A stretch of 64,000 nt of DNA from an uncultured Fidelibacterota bacterium (GCA_913040915.1 CAJWHW010000002.1:22129-86128); one strand, 5' to 3'. Shown: positions 50,001-59,530, counted from the first letter of the stretch. The notes: generated from the letters alone by a model not told the origin. Translations and numbers: made by a program.

Positions 50001-51511
50001 ATTTAAAAGTAGTAAACCCGCGTGCAAAAGTATCTGTAAAGCTAGTGGCTCAACCAGGTATTGGTACAATTGCATCTGGAGTTGTAAAGGCAGGCGCCGA
50101 TATTATTTTGATTTCTGGTGCAGATGGAGGGACAGGAGCAAGTCCATTAGGTTCTTTAAAACATGCAGGTTTCCCTTGGGAATATGGGTTAGCAGAATCT
50201 CACCAGGTTCTTCATGCAAATGGGCTTCGTGACAGAGTTATACTTAGGGTAGATGGTGGAATTAAATGGGCAAGAGACATTATCATTGCGGCTATTCTTG
50301 GTGCGGAGGAATACGATTTTGGTACTGCTGCTTTAGTTTCTTTAGGGTGCATTATGGCTAGACAATGTCATTTAAATACTTGTCCTGCAGGCATTGCTAC
50401 AAATGATGAAAAATATATGAAAAAATTTAAGGGCAAAGCTGAGAATATTAGTTATTATTTAGAAAATATTACCCAGGAAATAAGATTAGAATTATCTGAA
50501 ATGGGGTATATGCATTTGCAGTCGATTATAGGGCGTACAGATTTATTAAGTATCAATAGAAAGTATAATGGATATATGAAAAGTCGCGGACTCAATTTTG
50601 ATATCCTGTTAAATAAAGGTGCAAAAAATGGATTGCCATTACAATCTGATATGAAAGTACAATATACCGATGTAAGGCAGAAAAAAACCATTGATGAAGA
50701 AATTATCAATGAAATACGATCGGAAATGTTAACTCATGGTCATGCTGTTATTTATAAAAATATAAAAAACACTGATAGAGCAATTGGTGCGCGTATATCA
50801 GGTGAAATTTCTTTTCTTTATGGAAGAAATAATTTTAAAGGGAGTATTCAGTGCCGTTTATTTGGTACAGCCGGACAAAGTTTTGGCGCATTTTTAAGTA
50901 AAGGCATAGAATTACGTTTAAAAGGGATTGCCAATGATTATGTCGGCAAAGGCATGTCATCAGGTTTGATTACTATTCGTATGCCCGAAAAAATTCGTAG
51001 ACAGGATAAAGACCATACCGTTATTGGAAATGTGGCCCTCTATGGAGCGACGGGAGGTCAAATATTTGTTGCAGGTAGAGGAGGTGAAAGATTTGCCGTT
51101 AGGAATAGCGGCGCATCTGGTGTTATTGAAGGGATAGGTAACCATGGATGTGAATACATGACACAGGGAACAATCATTATTCTTGGGCAAATAGGGAAAA
51201 ATTTCGGCGCAGGCATGACAGGCGGTGTTGCTTATGTTTATTCCAAGAAAAAAAAGCTAGAAAACTATATAAATAAAGATTTTATTAATGAAGTTAATTT
51301 GGATAAAAAGGATCAAAGCTTGGTTTTAAGGCTACTAAGGAACCACAATTTTCACACTGATTCATCTATAGGTAAAAAGATTATAAATAACTGGGATAAT
51401 GAAATAATATTTTTTAAGAAATTAATACCAACTGCCATGGATATTGTGGATTTGGACAATATTTATAATTTACATGTGGCGGATCGAATCAATGTGGTTT
51501 TAAATGAGTAG
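47018..51511 (+). CDS. gltB: glutamate synthase large subunit
   Basis: 1497 aa. It has the N-terminal amidotransferase with HDACGIGF, an FMN/Fe-S central domain and a C-terminal GXGXG beta-helix domain. No gltD is adjacent in this window. Confidence 0.95.
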   Translation: MYKEKKIYSLYNPQVFHDACGIGFIVTRSGKPEKRILPLAIKSLKRLSHRGAKSYDRKSGDGSGILIDLPKTFFRTVLRNEFNKSIPGREILAVAMVFTTAYERKWLEKLFAIQLKESGFRLHAVRCVPTENKSLGELAFKTKPIILQFIVSGKKIRKKNFETSLYLLRKIIEKKILNERKKSYICSFSSKIIVYKGLMASAQLDQFYLDLRDKDFVVKMVLFHERFSTNTGSAWAMAQPFQMVAHNGEFNTIKGNRLWMKAREKEISSKFWGSDLDNLKPIIEPTGSDSKSFDNVLEFLVRSGRNIFDSIMIMIPDTYSQKKKYYSNRNMNRKMRDYFVYHENFIEPWDGPAAVVYTDGDFIGAKMDRNGLRPLRYTITKDNLVIMASEAGILEVDDDNLILHHHMKSEEIFGVSLSDGAIIKNKELKIREASKKPYGQLLKNNLHVLNRQNTSDEFGIFGIPPDGFDQRLRVALGWSKEDLTKFLIPMATNRREPLGSMGDDTPLAAISQIDRRFYDYFKQWFAQVTNPPIDSIRERSVMSLYKYLGSEDNLLNTRPTFNGAIRITSPVLSPNEILKLHGYKDWFMHKKFICHYKKSANLGLKLQRINYNSAKSVENGAKIIFLSDEGLKCGALPIPMPLVVSSVHNYLVKKKLRSNVSIICIAGDVVEDHHIAVLIALGASAVYPYMAYELIREYFNDDDWAEKMSNYRYALEKGLLKIMSKMGISTISSYHGSMLLHSIGLGPKISKSHFPTIPSYLGGVEIENIHNSLLKRHEIAFDVKKNGMVEKGLYRYRKKGEAHGFSPVNFKKIQSVSENNKVTKSSAEIDIVYIRDFFKIVSKRISINIDMVESSESILKRIGSGGISFGAISEKSHRELARGFTLVGARSNTGEGGELEDRYSVSNPDKNVNSYVKQIASGRFGVNVEYLTAAREIQIKMAQGAKPGEGGQLPGFKVSNLIASARSSTPGMPLISPPPHHDIYSIEDIKQLIYDLKVVNPRAKVSVKLVAQPGIGTIASGVVKAGADIILISGADGGTGASPLGSLKHAGFPWEYGLAESHQVLHANGLRDRVILRVDGGIKWARDIIIAAILGAEEYDFGTAALVSLGCIMARQCHLNTCPAGIATNDEKYMKKFKGKAENISYYLENITQEIRLELSEMGYMHLQSIIGRTDLLSINRKYNGYMKSRGLNFDILLNKGAKNGLPLQSDMKVQYTDVRQKKTIDEEIINEIRSEMLTHGHAVIYKNIKNTDRAIGARISGEISFLYGRNNFKGSIQCRLFGTAGQSFGAFLSKGIELRLKGIANDYVGKGMSSGLITIRMPEKIRRQDKDHTVIGNVALYGATGGQIFVAGRGGERFAVRNSGASGVIEGIGNHGCEYMTQGTIIILGQIGKNFGAGMTGGVAYVYSKKKKLENYINKDFINEVNLDKKDQSLVLRLLRNHNFHTDSSIGKKIINNWDNEIIFFKKLIPTAMDIVDLDNIYNLHVADRINVVLNE

Positions 51512-51757
51512 TTATTTAAGGATCAATAATGCCATTATTTCATATATTTATAATATATAGTTAAAATACATTATATATTAATTATTATAAAGTTATTAAT
51601 TATATAATAATAATATATTTATACATATTACTTTATAATTTTATAATATTCTTGATTATTATTCTTATTAAAATTAATATTATATGTTAATATCATTAAT
51701 ATAATAATATTATAATGATATTATATAAATATATTTAATATTATAAGGGATGAGGCT
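51512..51757. other. extreme AT tract (roughly 94% A+T by my hand count over 51541-51740) upstream of the porin-amtB-glnK cluster
   Basis: About 200 bp consist almost solely of ATA/TAT/TTA words with many short palindromes such as TAATATTA. It is the probable promoter/regulator-binding region. No specific site is identifiable. Confidence 0.5.
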
Positions 51758-52393
51758 ATGTCAAAAAAAATAATCTTACACTTCTTAGTAATTATTTCAG
51801 GGTTCACAACTATTTATGGAGAATGGGGAGTTTCATGTGATATATATAGTCGATATGTGTGGAGAGGTACTGATTTTGGAAATAGCCCATCGATTCAGCC
51901 CGGTATTTCATATACTACAGGTCCCTTAACTTTGGGTGCGTGGAGTGCATGGCAATATAGCGGAAGTGGAAATGAGAATGACTTATATGTGACTTACACA
52001 ATCGGCGATTATTCATTAACCTTTACAGATTATTATTTCCCAGGACCCTCTTCTAGTGGTGATTTCACCGTATTTGCACCAGATACAGGAGCTCACAATA
52101 TAGAAATATCTCTTGGCGGTTCCTTTAGTGGGGTAGGGTTAACAGCAGCAATGTTTATTATTGAGCCAGGTTTTTATGGTGCATTCGAAGATGAAAAAGC
52201 TCCAATGTCAAAATACATTAATCTTTCTTATGGCTCTTTCATGATTGGTTTAGGAAATGGAGGCTATACATCTGATGGTGGGTTTACGGCGATTGAATTA
52301 GGGGTATCCGCGAGCAATGATAAATTTAAATGCTCATGGATTTTAAATCCTGATTCTGGTTTGGCCTTTCTTATTATCGGTATGAGTCTATAA
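51758..52393 (+). CDS. small outer-membrane beta-barrel protein, TorF/Gcw_chp-like putative porin
   Basis: 211 aa with a signal peptide. It has alternating aromatic/Gly beta-strand patterns and SRYVWRGTDFG near the N-terminus. Its position just upstream of amtB-glnK matches where such porins occur in other bacteria (from memory). Confidence 0.55.
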   Translation: MSKKIILHFLVIISGFTTIYGEWGVSCDIYSRYVWRGTDFGNSPSIQPGISYTTGPLTLGAWSAWQYSGSGNENDLYVTYTIGDYSLTFTDYYFPGPSSSGDFTVFAPDTGAHNIEISLGGSFSGVGLTAAMFIIEPGFYGAFEDEKAPMSKYINLSYGSFMIGLGNGGYTSDGGFTAIELGVSASNDKFKCSWILNPDSGLAFLIIGMSL

Positions 52394-52414
52394 AATAATA
52401 TAGGAATCAAAAAA

Positions 52415-53719
52415 ATGAAAAAAATTAGAATTTTATTTATTTGTTTATTTTGCACGAATTTTTCATTATTACTTGCTAATAGTGATCCAACAACTTCAGA
52501 TGCCATATTTACTGTTAATAATACCTGGATGCTCGTTGCAACAATTTTAGTATTTATAATGCATTTAGGATTTGCAAGTTTAGAGGCAGGACTTACTCGA
52601 TCAAAAAATACAGTAAACATTCTTTTTAAAAATGTTTCTATCATTGCCATTGGTATTTTGAGTTATGCTATTTGTGGATTTAACTTAATGTATCCAGGTG
52701 ATTTCAATAGCTACTTTGGATTTGCCGGTTTTGGTATAAATAATCCAGTAGGTTCGGCAGGGTTGATTGATTATGCTGGTGGAGCTTATACTTATTTCAC
52801 AGATTTTATATTTCAAGCTATGTTCGCTGCAACAGCTGCAACTATTGTTTCTGGAGCTGTGGCAGAAAGAATAAAGCTATCATCATTCCTGATATTCTCA
52901 GCTGTATATGTAGCAATAATATATCCCATAGCAGGTTCTTGGAAGTGGGGTGGAGGCTGGTTAGATCAACTTGGTTTTTATGATTTTGCAGGATCTACTT
53001 TGGTACATGGTGTTGGAGGTTGGGCTGCACTTGTAGGCGCAATTATACTAGGACCTAGAATTGGTAAATATGGGAAAAATGGAAAAATGAAACCAATTTT
53101 AGGCCATAATATGCCACTTGCAACTATTGGTGTTTTTCTTTTATGGTTTGGTTGGTATGGATTTAATGGAGGGTCAGTACTTTCTGCAGATCCTGGTGCT
53201 GTATCTTTAGTGTTTGTTACTACCACTTTAGCAGCAGCAGCGGGTGTGATTGGAGCAATGGCTACGTCTTGGTTTATAAGTCAAAAACCAGATTTATCAA
53301 TGATATTAAATGGTTCATTATCTGGGTTGGTTGGTATCACAGCTGGTGCAGACGTTATCAGTCCAATGAACTCTGTATTAGTTGGTTTTATTTCGGGTAT
53401 CATTGTGGTTTTATTTGTAATACAATTAGATAAATTAAAAATTGATGATCCTGTTGGCGCTATATCTGTCCACCTTGTTTGCGGTATCTGGGGAACTCTT
53501 GCTGTCGGTATTTTTAGTCCCCTACACAGTTTATATGTTCAAGCGTTGGGTATTTTAGCATATGGATTTATCAGTCTTATTGGTTCAATTCTGATCTTTT
53601 TAGCATTGAAACATACCATTGGCCTAAGAGTCTCAGAAGATGAAGAAATTATAGGACTTGATATTGGAGAACATGATATGGAGTCATATGCTGGCTTTGA
53701 AATTTTCACTGTAGAATAG
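52415..53719 (+). CDS. amtB: ammonium transporter
   Basis: 434 aa, polytopic. It contains DFAGSTLVHGVGGWAAL and twin-His region motifs (HLVCGIWGTL). Confidence 0.93.
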   Translation: MKKIRILFICLFCTNFSLLLANSDPTTSDAIFTVNNTWMLVATILVFIMHLGFASLEAGLTRSKNTVNILFKNVSIIAIGILSYAICGFNLMYPGDFNSYFGFAGFGINNPVGSAGLIDYAGGAYTYFTDFIFQAMFAATAATIVSGAVAERIKLSSFLIFSAVYVAIIYPIAGSWKWGGGWLDQLGFYDFAGSTLVHGVGGWAALVGAIILGPRIGKYGKNGKMKPILGHNMPLATIGVFLLWFGWYGFNGGSVLSADPGAVSLVFVTTTLAAAAGVIGAMATSWFISQKPDLSMILNGSLSGLVGITAGADVISPMNSVLVGFISGIIVVLFVIQLDKLKIDDPVGAISVHLVCGIWGTLAVGIFSPLHSLYVQALGILAYGFISLIGSILIFLALKHTIGLRVSEDEEIIGLDIGEHDMESYAGFEIFTVE

Positions 53720-53731
53720 GAGAATTTATTA

Positions 53732-54076
53732 ATGAAACTAATTATTGCAATTATTCAGCCGGAAGAATTACCGGCAATTAAAGAAGAACTTCTCAAAAGG
53801 AAAATTTACAAGTTTACCATTTCCAATGTTAGAGGTCAGGGAAAAGAAATTCCGGTAAAGGAGGTCTATCGAGGCATATCTCATGAAATTAGTCTATTAA
53901 AAAAAGTTAGGCTTGAGATTGCAGTCAATGATGATTTTGTAGAAGCTGCTATAGAAGCTATTACTACAGTAGCCAAAAAGGATAAGGATAAAGGCCGAGG
54001 TAAGATATTTATTCTTGCTATTGAAGAGTGTATCCGTATACGAACTGGTGAAAAAGGTAAGGAAGCAATTGGGTGA
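53732..54076 (+). CDS. glnK: nitrogen regulatory protein P-II
   Basis: 114 aa. MKLIIAIIQPEEL and a T-loop with VYRG are present. It lies immediately downstream of amtB. Confidence 0.9.
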   Translation: MKLIIAIIQPEELPAIKEELLKRKIYKFTISNVRGQGKEIPVKEVYRGISHEISLLKKVRLEIAVNDDFVEAAIEAITTVAKKDKDKGRGKIFILAIEECIRIRTGEKGKEAIG

Positions 54077-54360
54077 AAATTAATTATGGATAATCTATAT
54101 TATTTTTCGTAAACCAGAGTTGGCAAGTAAATCTCATCAAAAATTTATTTCTTCACCCAGAGATTTGTCAATTTACTAATCAGATTTGATCGCGGTTCCC
54201 AAACTTTAATAATATTTAATATAAATTGTGATTTAATTCTTGTAAATAAACACTGGTAACTATATTAAATTACTAAATATATATTATTATATTGAACAAA
54301 TACTTAATATTACTATATAATTAACAATATTATTTTAATAATTTAAATAAAGAATAGAAA

Positions 54361-55380
54361 ATTAATATTCCTATAAATATAGCACTTTTTGGATTTGGTC
54401 GTATTGGAAGAAATCTATTCCGATTAGCAAGTAAAGATCCCCGTTTTAACATAGTTGCTATTAGCGAACACAGTCATGTGGAAGCATTGCACTACCTGTT
54501 GGTTCGTGATTCCGTGCATGGCGCACTAGATGATAATGATATCCAGTTAGATGGAGACTCCTTCATTGTTCATGGGAAAAAAATACGTATTCTGCCAGGG
54601 AAAAAACCAGGAGAAGTTCCTTGGATTACGTTGGGCGTGGATGTCGTTGTTGATGCTACAGGTAAATATTTAAAACGTGATGAATTAAATAAACACATTA
54701 AAGCCGGAGCAAAACGTGTTATTGTTTCCCGTATGCCCGAAGATGAAATTGATCGAATTATTATTCATGGTGTAAATGAGGATACCATATCAAAATCAGA
54801 TAAAATTATTTCTGCTACATCCTCTACAACCCAGGTATTAGCTCTTATGTTGAAAATTCTCAATCAGCACTATTCTGTAAAGCGAGCAATGATGACTACC
54901 GTACATGCGTTTACATCGGATCAGCCTTTGGTGGACGCAATAGGACTGGATTTACGTAGATGCCGATCAGCAGTTAAAAATATTATTCCCAATACTACTT
55001 CTGCTCCGGAGATAGTTGAGAAATTGATGCCAGAATTCACTGGGAAAATTGATGGAATAGCATTCAATGTTCCAGTTCCAAATGGATCTTGTGTTGACTT
55101 GACTACAGAACTGGAATTGATGCCTACTGTAGATGAAATAAACCAGACATTGAAAGAAGAATCAGAAAATACATATAAAGGTATTATGGGCTACACAGAT
55201 GATCCTATTGTTTCCTGCGATGTAATTGGCCGTGATGAGACTATGGTTTTTGATGCTCAGGCTACCATGATTAACTCAAAATCCTTATTGAAAACAATTT
55301 GCTGGTATGATAATGGTTGGGGATTCTCAAAAAGAATTTTGGATACGATCGAACTTTATGCCAAGGAAAATATTCGCTAA
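54361..55380 (+). CDS. GAPDH-family paralog with catalytic Cys replaced by Ser and no canonical start codon (pseudoenzyme or decaying gene)
   Basis: The frame is open from 54358, after a TAG at 54355. It encodes INIPINIALFGFGRIGRNLF (Rossmann), but the first ATG/GTG/TTG is the GTG at 54478 used by the ORF track. The active-site region reads SATSSTTQVLA, versus SNASCTTNCLA in the downstream paralog. Other GAPDH motifs are intact (TVHAFTSDQ, WYDNGWGFS). Confidence 0.6.
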   Translation: MNIPINIALFGFGRIGRNLFRLASKDPRFNIVAISEHSHVEALHYLLVRDSVHGALDDNDIQLDGDSFIVHGKKIRILPGKKPGEVPWITLGVDVVVDATGKYLKRDELNKHIKAGAKRVIVSRMPEDEIDRIIIHGVNEDTISKSDKIISATSSTTQVLALMLKILNQHYSVKRAMMTTVHAFTSDQPLVDAIGLDLRRCRSAVKNIIPNTTSAPEIVEKLMPEFTGKIDGIAFNVPVPNGSCVDLTTELELMPTVDEINQTLKEESENTYKGIMGYTDDPIVSCDVIGRDETMVFDAQATMINSKSLLKTICWYDNGWGFSKRILDTIELYAKENIR

Positions 55381-56381
55381 TGAAAATTGCAATAAATGGA
55401 TTTGGAAGAATTGGAAGGTCTGTATTCAGAGTTCTTAATAATAATAAAGAAATTGAAATCGTAGCCATCAACGATATTTTCGATAAAGGTTCCCTCGTAT
55501 ATTTACTGAAATATGATACCGTCATGGGTCGGTTCCCTGGAGATGTCTCCTTAAATGGGGATCTGTTGATTACAGCTAATCAAAGGGTAAAATTATTGGC
55601 AGAACGAATTCCTAGGCAATTACCCTGGCATGAATTAGGAGTAGATATTGTTATAGAATCTACAGGAATATTCCGGCAAAGATCCCAATTGGAGGATCAC
55701 ATTTCTGCTGGAGCAAAAAGGGTAATTTTAACTGTTCCTGCGAAAGATGAAATTGATTATACTGTTGTATTGGGTGTAAATGATAATGGTTTAACAAAAA
55801 ATCATCGTATCGTATCCAATGCCAGTTGCACTACAAATTGTTTAGCACCTATGGCGAAAGTACTCCATGAAGCATTTGGAATTGAGTTAGGTATAATCAA
55901 TACGATTCATGCATATACCAATGACCAGCGTTTGGCTGATGTTCCTCATTCAGACTGGAGAAGGAGTCGTGCTGCGGCTGAAAATGTAATTCCTACAACA
56001 ACGGGTGCTGCACGTGCTGTGGGTAAAGTATTACCGGAGCTTAATGGTAAACTAGATGGAATAGCTATGCGAGTACCGGTTCCAGATGGCTCGGTCGTAG
56101 ATTTCAATGTACGTTTACAACATGAAGTCACAGTTGAAACAATTAATGATGCTGTACGATCGGCTGCAGATGATGGTCCCATTTCAAAAGTATTACAATA
56201 TTCTAATTTACCAGTTGTATCAACAGACATTATTGGGAATAAGTATTCTTCCATTTTTGATGCACCATTTACAAGGGTAATTAAGGGAAATTTTGTAAAA
56301 ACACTGAATTGGTATGATAATGAATGGGGATATGCCAGCAGAGTAGTGGATCTTATAGGATTGCTAGGAAAATTGATCTAA
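55380..56381 (+). CDS. gap: glyceraldehyde-3-phosphate dehydrogenase (type I)
   Basis: It contains MKIAINGFGRIGR, SNASCTTNCLAP, TIHAYTNDQ and WYDNEWGYS. The start overlaps the upstream stop (TAATG). The ORF-track start at 55317 is rejected. Confidence 0.93.
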   Translation: MKIAINGFGRIGRSVFRVLNNNKEIEIVAINDIFDKGSLVYLLKYDTVMGRFPGDVSLNGDLLITANQRVKLLAERIPRQLPWHELGVDIVIESTGIFRQRSQLEDHISAGAKRVILTVPAKDEIDYTVVLGVNDNGLTKNHRIVSNASCTTNCLAPMAKVLHEAFGIELGIINTIHAYTNDQRLADVPHSDWRRSRAAAENVIPTTTGAARAVGKVLPELNGKLDGIAMRVPVPDGSVVDFNVRLQHEVTVETINDAVRSAADDGPISKVLQYSNLPVVSTDIIGNKYSSIFDAPFTRVIKGNFVKTLNWYDNEWGYASRVVDLIGLLGKLI

Positions 56382-56623
56382 TTCAAGCAAACAGCAATAT
56401 AGCTTACTGGCATTTTTTAGCATTGTAGGTATATGTTTTTAACAAATAAATTTATTGCCTGCTCGTTCTATGGTTTTGTATCAGACCATATTTATTAAGG
56501 CTAGAATTCTCCTATATCATTATCAACAATTACAGTCAATTCTGTGGTATAGTTTTTTCATCAATCTTTTAAAATGACTTGTTCAAATACTTATAATACT
56601 GGAATAATAATTATATAACTAAG

Positions 56624-59392
56624 ATGTTAGTAAAGGATAAATTATTTACTTTTGCACAGCAATGCGGTATATCGGATCAAATGCAATCTAGATCAGTATT
56701 GATATTTGAATTACTGGAAACAGTTTTTTATAGGTTAGATAACTCTAAAGAACTTGAATTTAAGACTATATTAAATTCTCTTCTATCTATAGGAGATCAT
56801 ACTTCTTTGAATAATTCCATATTATCAACTCTGGAAACATGGTCAAATGAAGATCTATATCAAGTATTGAAATTTATGGGAACCTACTTTCACTTACTTA
56901 ACCAAGCAGAGCTAAGTGAAATTATATCAATAAATAGAAATCGATCAAATAATGCTACATTCGATATTCCCAAAGCTGATTCTATTTTTGCTAGCATTAA
57001 AATGTTAAAACAGAAAAACATAAATTTTGATGAAGCAATGTCAATTCTTAAAAGTATTAAGATACACCCTACATTTACAGCCCATCCTACGGAATCTAGA
57101 AGGCAATCCTCCATAGATAAACAAAAATATATTATTAAAAAGATTAATCAAATTTTATTTGATCCAATTGGCGAAAAAGAAAAAGAAAACCTTATGAATG
57201 AGGTAAAGCGACTATGTACATTGCTTATGATGACAGATGATATCCGTTCGCACAGAATATCCATAAGAGATGAAATAAATAATACAATAAATAATACCTT
57301 AGATGCGCTTTGGAATGCGGTACCCAGACTTTCACATGATATTGCATCAGCATTTGAAATCTATTATAACAAAAAAATCACTATTCCTAATTTCATTAGA
57401 TTCCATAATTGGGTAGGGGGGGATAGAGACGGCAATCCTGAAGTAACTCATGATATTACTGAATATGCAATCCAAACTCAAAAAATACATATAGCGGGGA
57501 AATATATCGATGCGTTGAATATGCTATACGATGACCTAAGCATAACAGTAAAAGACCAAACAAAGCTTATAAAGTTACAGAATTCTATTGAAGCTGATAT
57601 AATCAATTTGGATATAGATGAAAAAATTCAAAAACAGCTCAAACTAGAACCATTCCGACTAAAGATATTGTGTCTGAAACAAAAATTAGAGCGTCATAAA
57701 GAAAAATTAACCATCCATTACAAAAACCCAGATTATATATCTAAAGAATTCATATCTGAACTGAAGATTATCCAATCATCTCTCAAATTATTATCAACTA
57801 AAAATAAAATTGATATTGGACCTATCAGCGATTTAATAATTCAAGCAGAAATATTTGGTTTTAACATGATGAGCTTGGATATACGTGAACATTCAGATGT
57901 ACACGAAGAAGTGATCCATGAAATATTAAAAAAAATAAATTGTAAAGTGAATTATAAAGCTTTGGATGAATCCAATAAAAATGAAATTTTGATTGAAAGT
58001 ATCAAATTTCAACAGGAGTTGAACCAAACATTTATAAATAACTTATCTGAAAAATCCAAAGAGACTCTCCATACTTTTCTAGTTATCAAAAATGAGTTAT
58101 TGATTGACCCAGATTCAATATCATCATATATCGTAAGTATGACTCATGCAAAAAGTGATATTCTTGAAGTGCTTTTTTTAGCCAAACTTACAGGGGTTCT
58201 GCATTATCAAGATGGTAAAATGAACTGTGGACTCCATATTGTGCCCCTATATGAAACTATTAATGATCTTAAATCAGCACCTAAGCAATTTGCTGAGTTA
58301 TTAGATGATAACATTTATAAAAACTATATACAAAGTCAGGGTTTATTTCAAGAAATTATGCTCGGTTATTCAGATAGCAACAAGGATGGAGGTATGGGTA
58401 CTGCCCAATATTCTCTGTACAAATGTCAAGAAAGACTGGCTAAAATTTGTAAAGAAAATTGTATTGATTATAGATTATTCCATGGACGTGGCGGATCAAT
58501 AAGTAGAGGTGGAGGAAAATCAAATAAAGCAATAATTAGTTTACCTCCTAATTGTCATAATGGGAAAATACGGATGACAGAACAAGGTGAAGTGATTTCT
58601 TATCGGTATGGATCTTCTCGAATTGCAAAAAGGCATCTAGAACAAATTATCCATGCCCAAATGATTGGATTGGTTGGTATTATAAATGATGAAATAGAAT
58701 TTGAAAATCCGCTCAACTTAGACATTTCAATTAGAGCCTATGATTCCTATAAGAAAAATATAATGAATCAACAGTGTTGGAATTATTTTGTAAATGCAAC
58801 TCCCATTAATCATATTAGTAATTTACCAATTGCTTCAAGACCTGCAGCAAGAAAAACTTTTTCAGATGAATCAACAGGGTTTTATGATTTAAGGGCAATC
58901 CCCTGGGTATTTTCTTGGACACAGTTAAGATATAATCTTACCGGTTGGTTTGGTTTAGGAACAGCATTATCCCATTTGATTGAAAAATCGTCAAAATTAA
59001 ATGAATTAAAAACGTTATATAAAAAATCAAAATTTTTAAAACAACTTATGGATAATATGTCTTTTGAAATGGCTCGTTCCAGATTACACATATCAGAATT
59101 ATATTCGAAGACTAAAAGTGAAAAAGCATTCCATGCTATTTTAATGAGTGAATATAAACTTTGTTTGAATGCCTATAAGGATATAAGCGACTATGAAAAT
59201 TTACTAGATAGAAATCCTGTTATTTCAAATTCTATTGCATTCCGAAATCCGTTTACTGATCTATTAAACATCATTCAAGTTATCCTGTTAAGACGTCAAA
59301 TGGAAAATAAAGATCTTACAGATCATGATTTGGACAAATCAATTTTTATGTCAATCAATGCAATTGCAGCAGCAATGCAAACCACAGGTTAA
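56624..59392 (+). CDS. ppc: phosphoenolpyruvate carboxylase
   Basis: 922 aa. It contains FTAHPTE, GYSDSNKDGG and FHGRGGSISRGGG, and ends in the C-terminal QTTG. Confidence 0.95.
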   Translation: MLVKDKLFTFAQQCGISDQMQSRSVLIFELLETVFYRLDNSKELEFKTILNSLLSIGDHTSLNNSILSTLETWSNEDLYQVLKFMGTYFHLLNQAELSEIISINRNRSNNATFDIPKADSIFASIKMLKQKNINFDEAMSILKSIKIHPTFTAHPTESRRQSSIDKQKYIIKKINQILFDPIGEKEKENLMNEVKRLCTLLMMTDDIRSHRISIRDEINNTINNTLDALWNAVPRLSHDIASAFEIYYNKKITIPNFIRFHNWVGGDRDGNPEVTHDITEYAIQTQKIHIAGKYIDALNMLYDDLSITVKDQTKLIKLQNSIEADIINLDIDEKIQKQLKLEPFRLKILCLKQKLERHKEKLTIHYKNPDYISKEFISELKIIQSSLKLLSTKNKIDIGPISDLIIQAEIFGFNMMSLDIREHSDVHEEVIHEILKKINCKVNYKALDESNKNEILIESIKFQQELNQTFINNLSEKSKETLHTFLVIKNELLIDPDSISSYIVSMTHAKSDILEVLFLAKLTGVLHYQDGKMNCGLHIVPLYETINDLKSAPKQFAELLDDNIYKNYIQSQGLFQEIMLGYSDSNKDGGMGTAQYSLYKCQERLAKICKENCIDYRLFHGRGGSISRGGGKSNKAIISLPPNCHNGKIRMTEQGEVISYRYGSSRIAKRHLEQIIHAQMIGLVGIINDEIEFENPLNLDISIRAYDSYKKNIMNQQCWNYFVNATPINHISNLPIASRPAARKTFSDESTGFYDLRAIPWVFSWTQLRYNLTGWFGLGTALSHLIEKSSKLNELKTLYKKSKFLKQLMDNMSFEMARSRLHISELYSKTKSEKAFHAILMSEYKLCLNAYKDISDYENLLDRNPVISNSIAFRNPFTDLLNIIQVILLRRQMENKDLTDHDLDKSIFMSINAIAAAMQTTG

Positions 59393-59530
59393 TTCATTAA
59401 AATTATATATTGTCATTAGAGATAATTATAAAACATAAAAAAAGTCTGTATAGAGTTGATATATACATCCCTTGCTGTAAATCTTTTAGGGAAGTCTTTG
59501 GTTCAATAAATTGCTAATTTATCTTTTAAT

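Noticed and set aside
54114-54200. Imperfect direct repeats starting with CCAGAG or CAGA (54114, 54157, 54181) downstream of glnK.
   Set aside because: The copies agree at only about half of the positions beyond the first 6 nt and have no consistent spacing, so I cannot distinguish them from chance.
56408-56423. Sigma-54-like TGGCATTTTTTAGCAT upstream of ppc.
   Set aside because: The GG-to-GC spacing is one base too short for the -24/-12 consensus, the -12 element lacks TTGC, and ppc is not a typical sigma-54 target.
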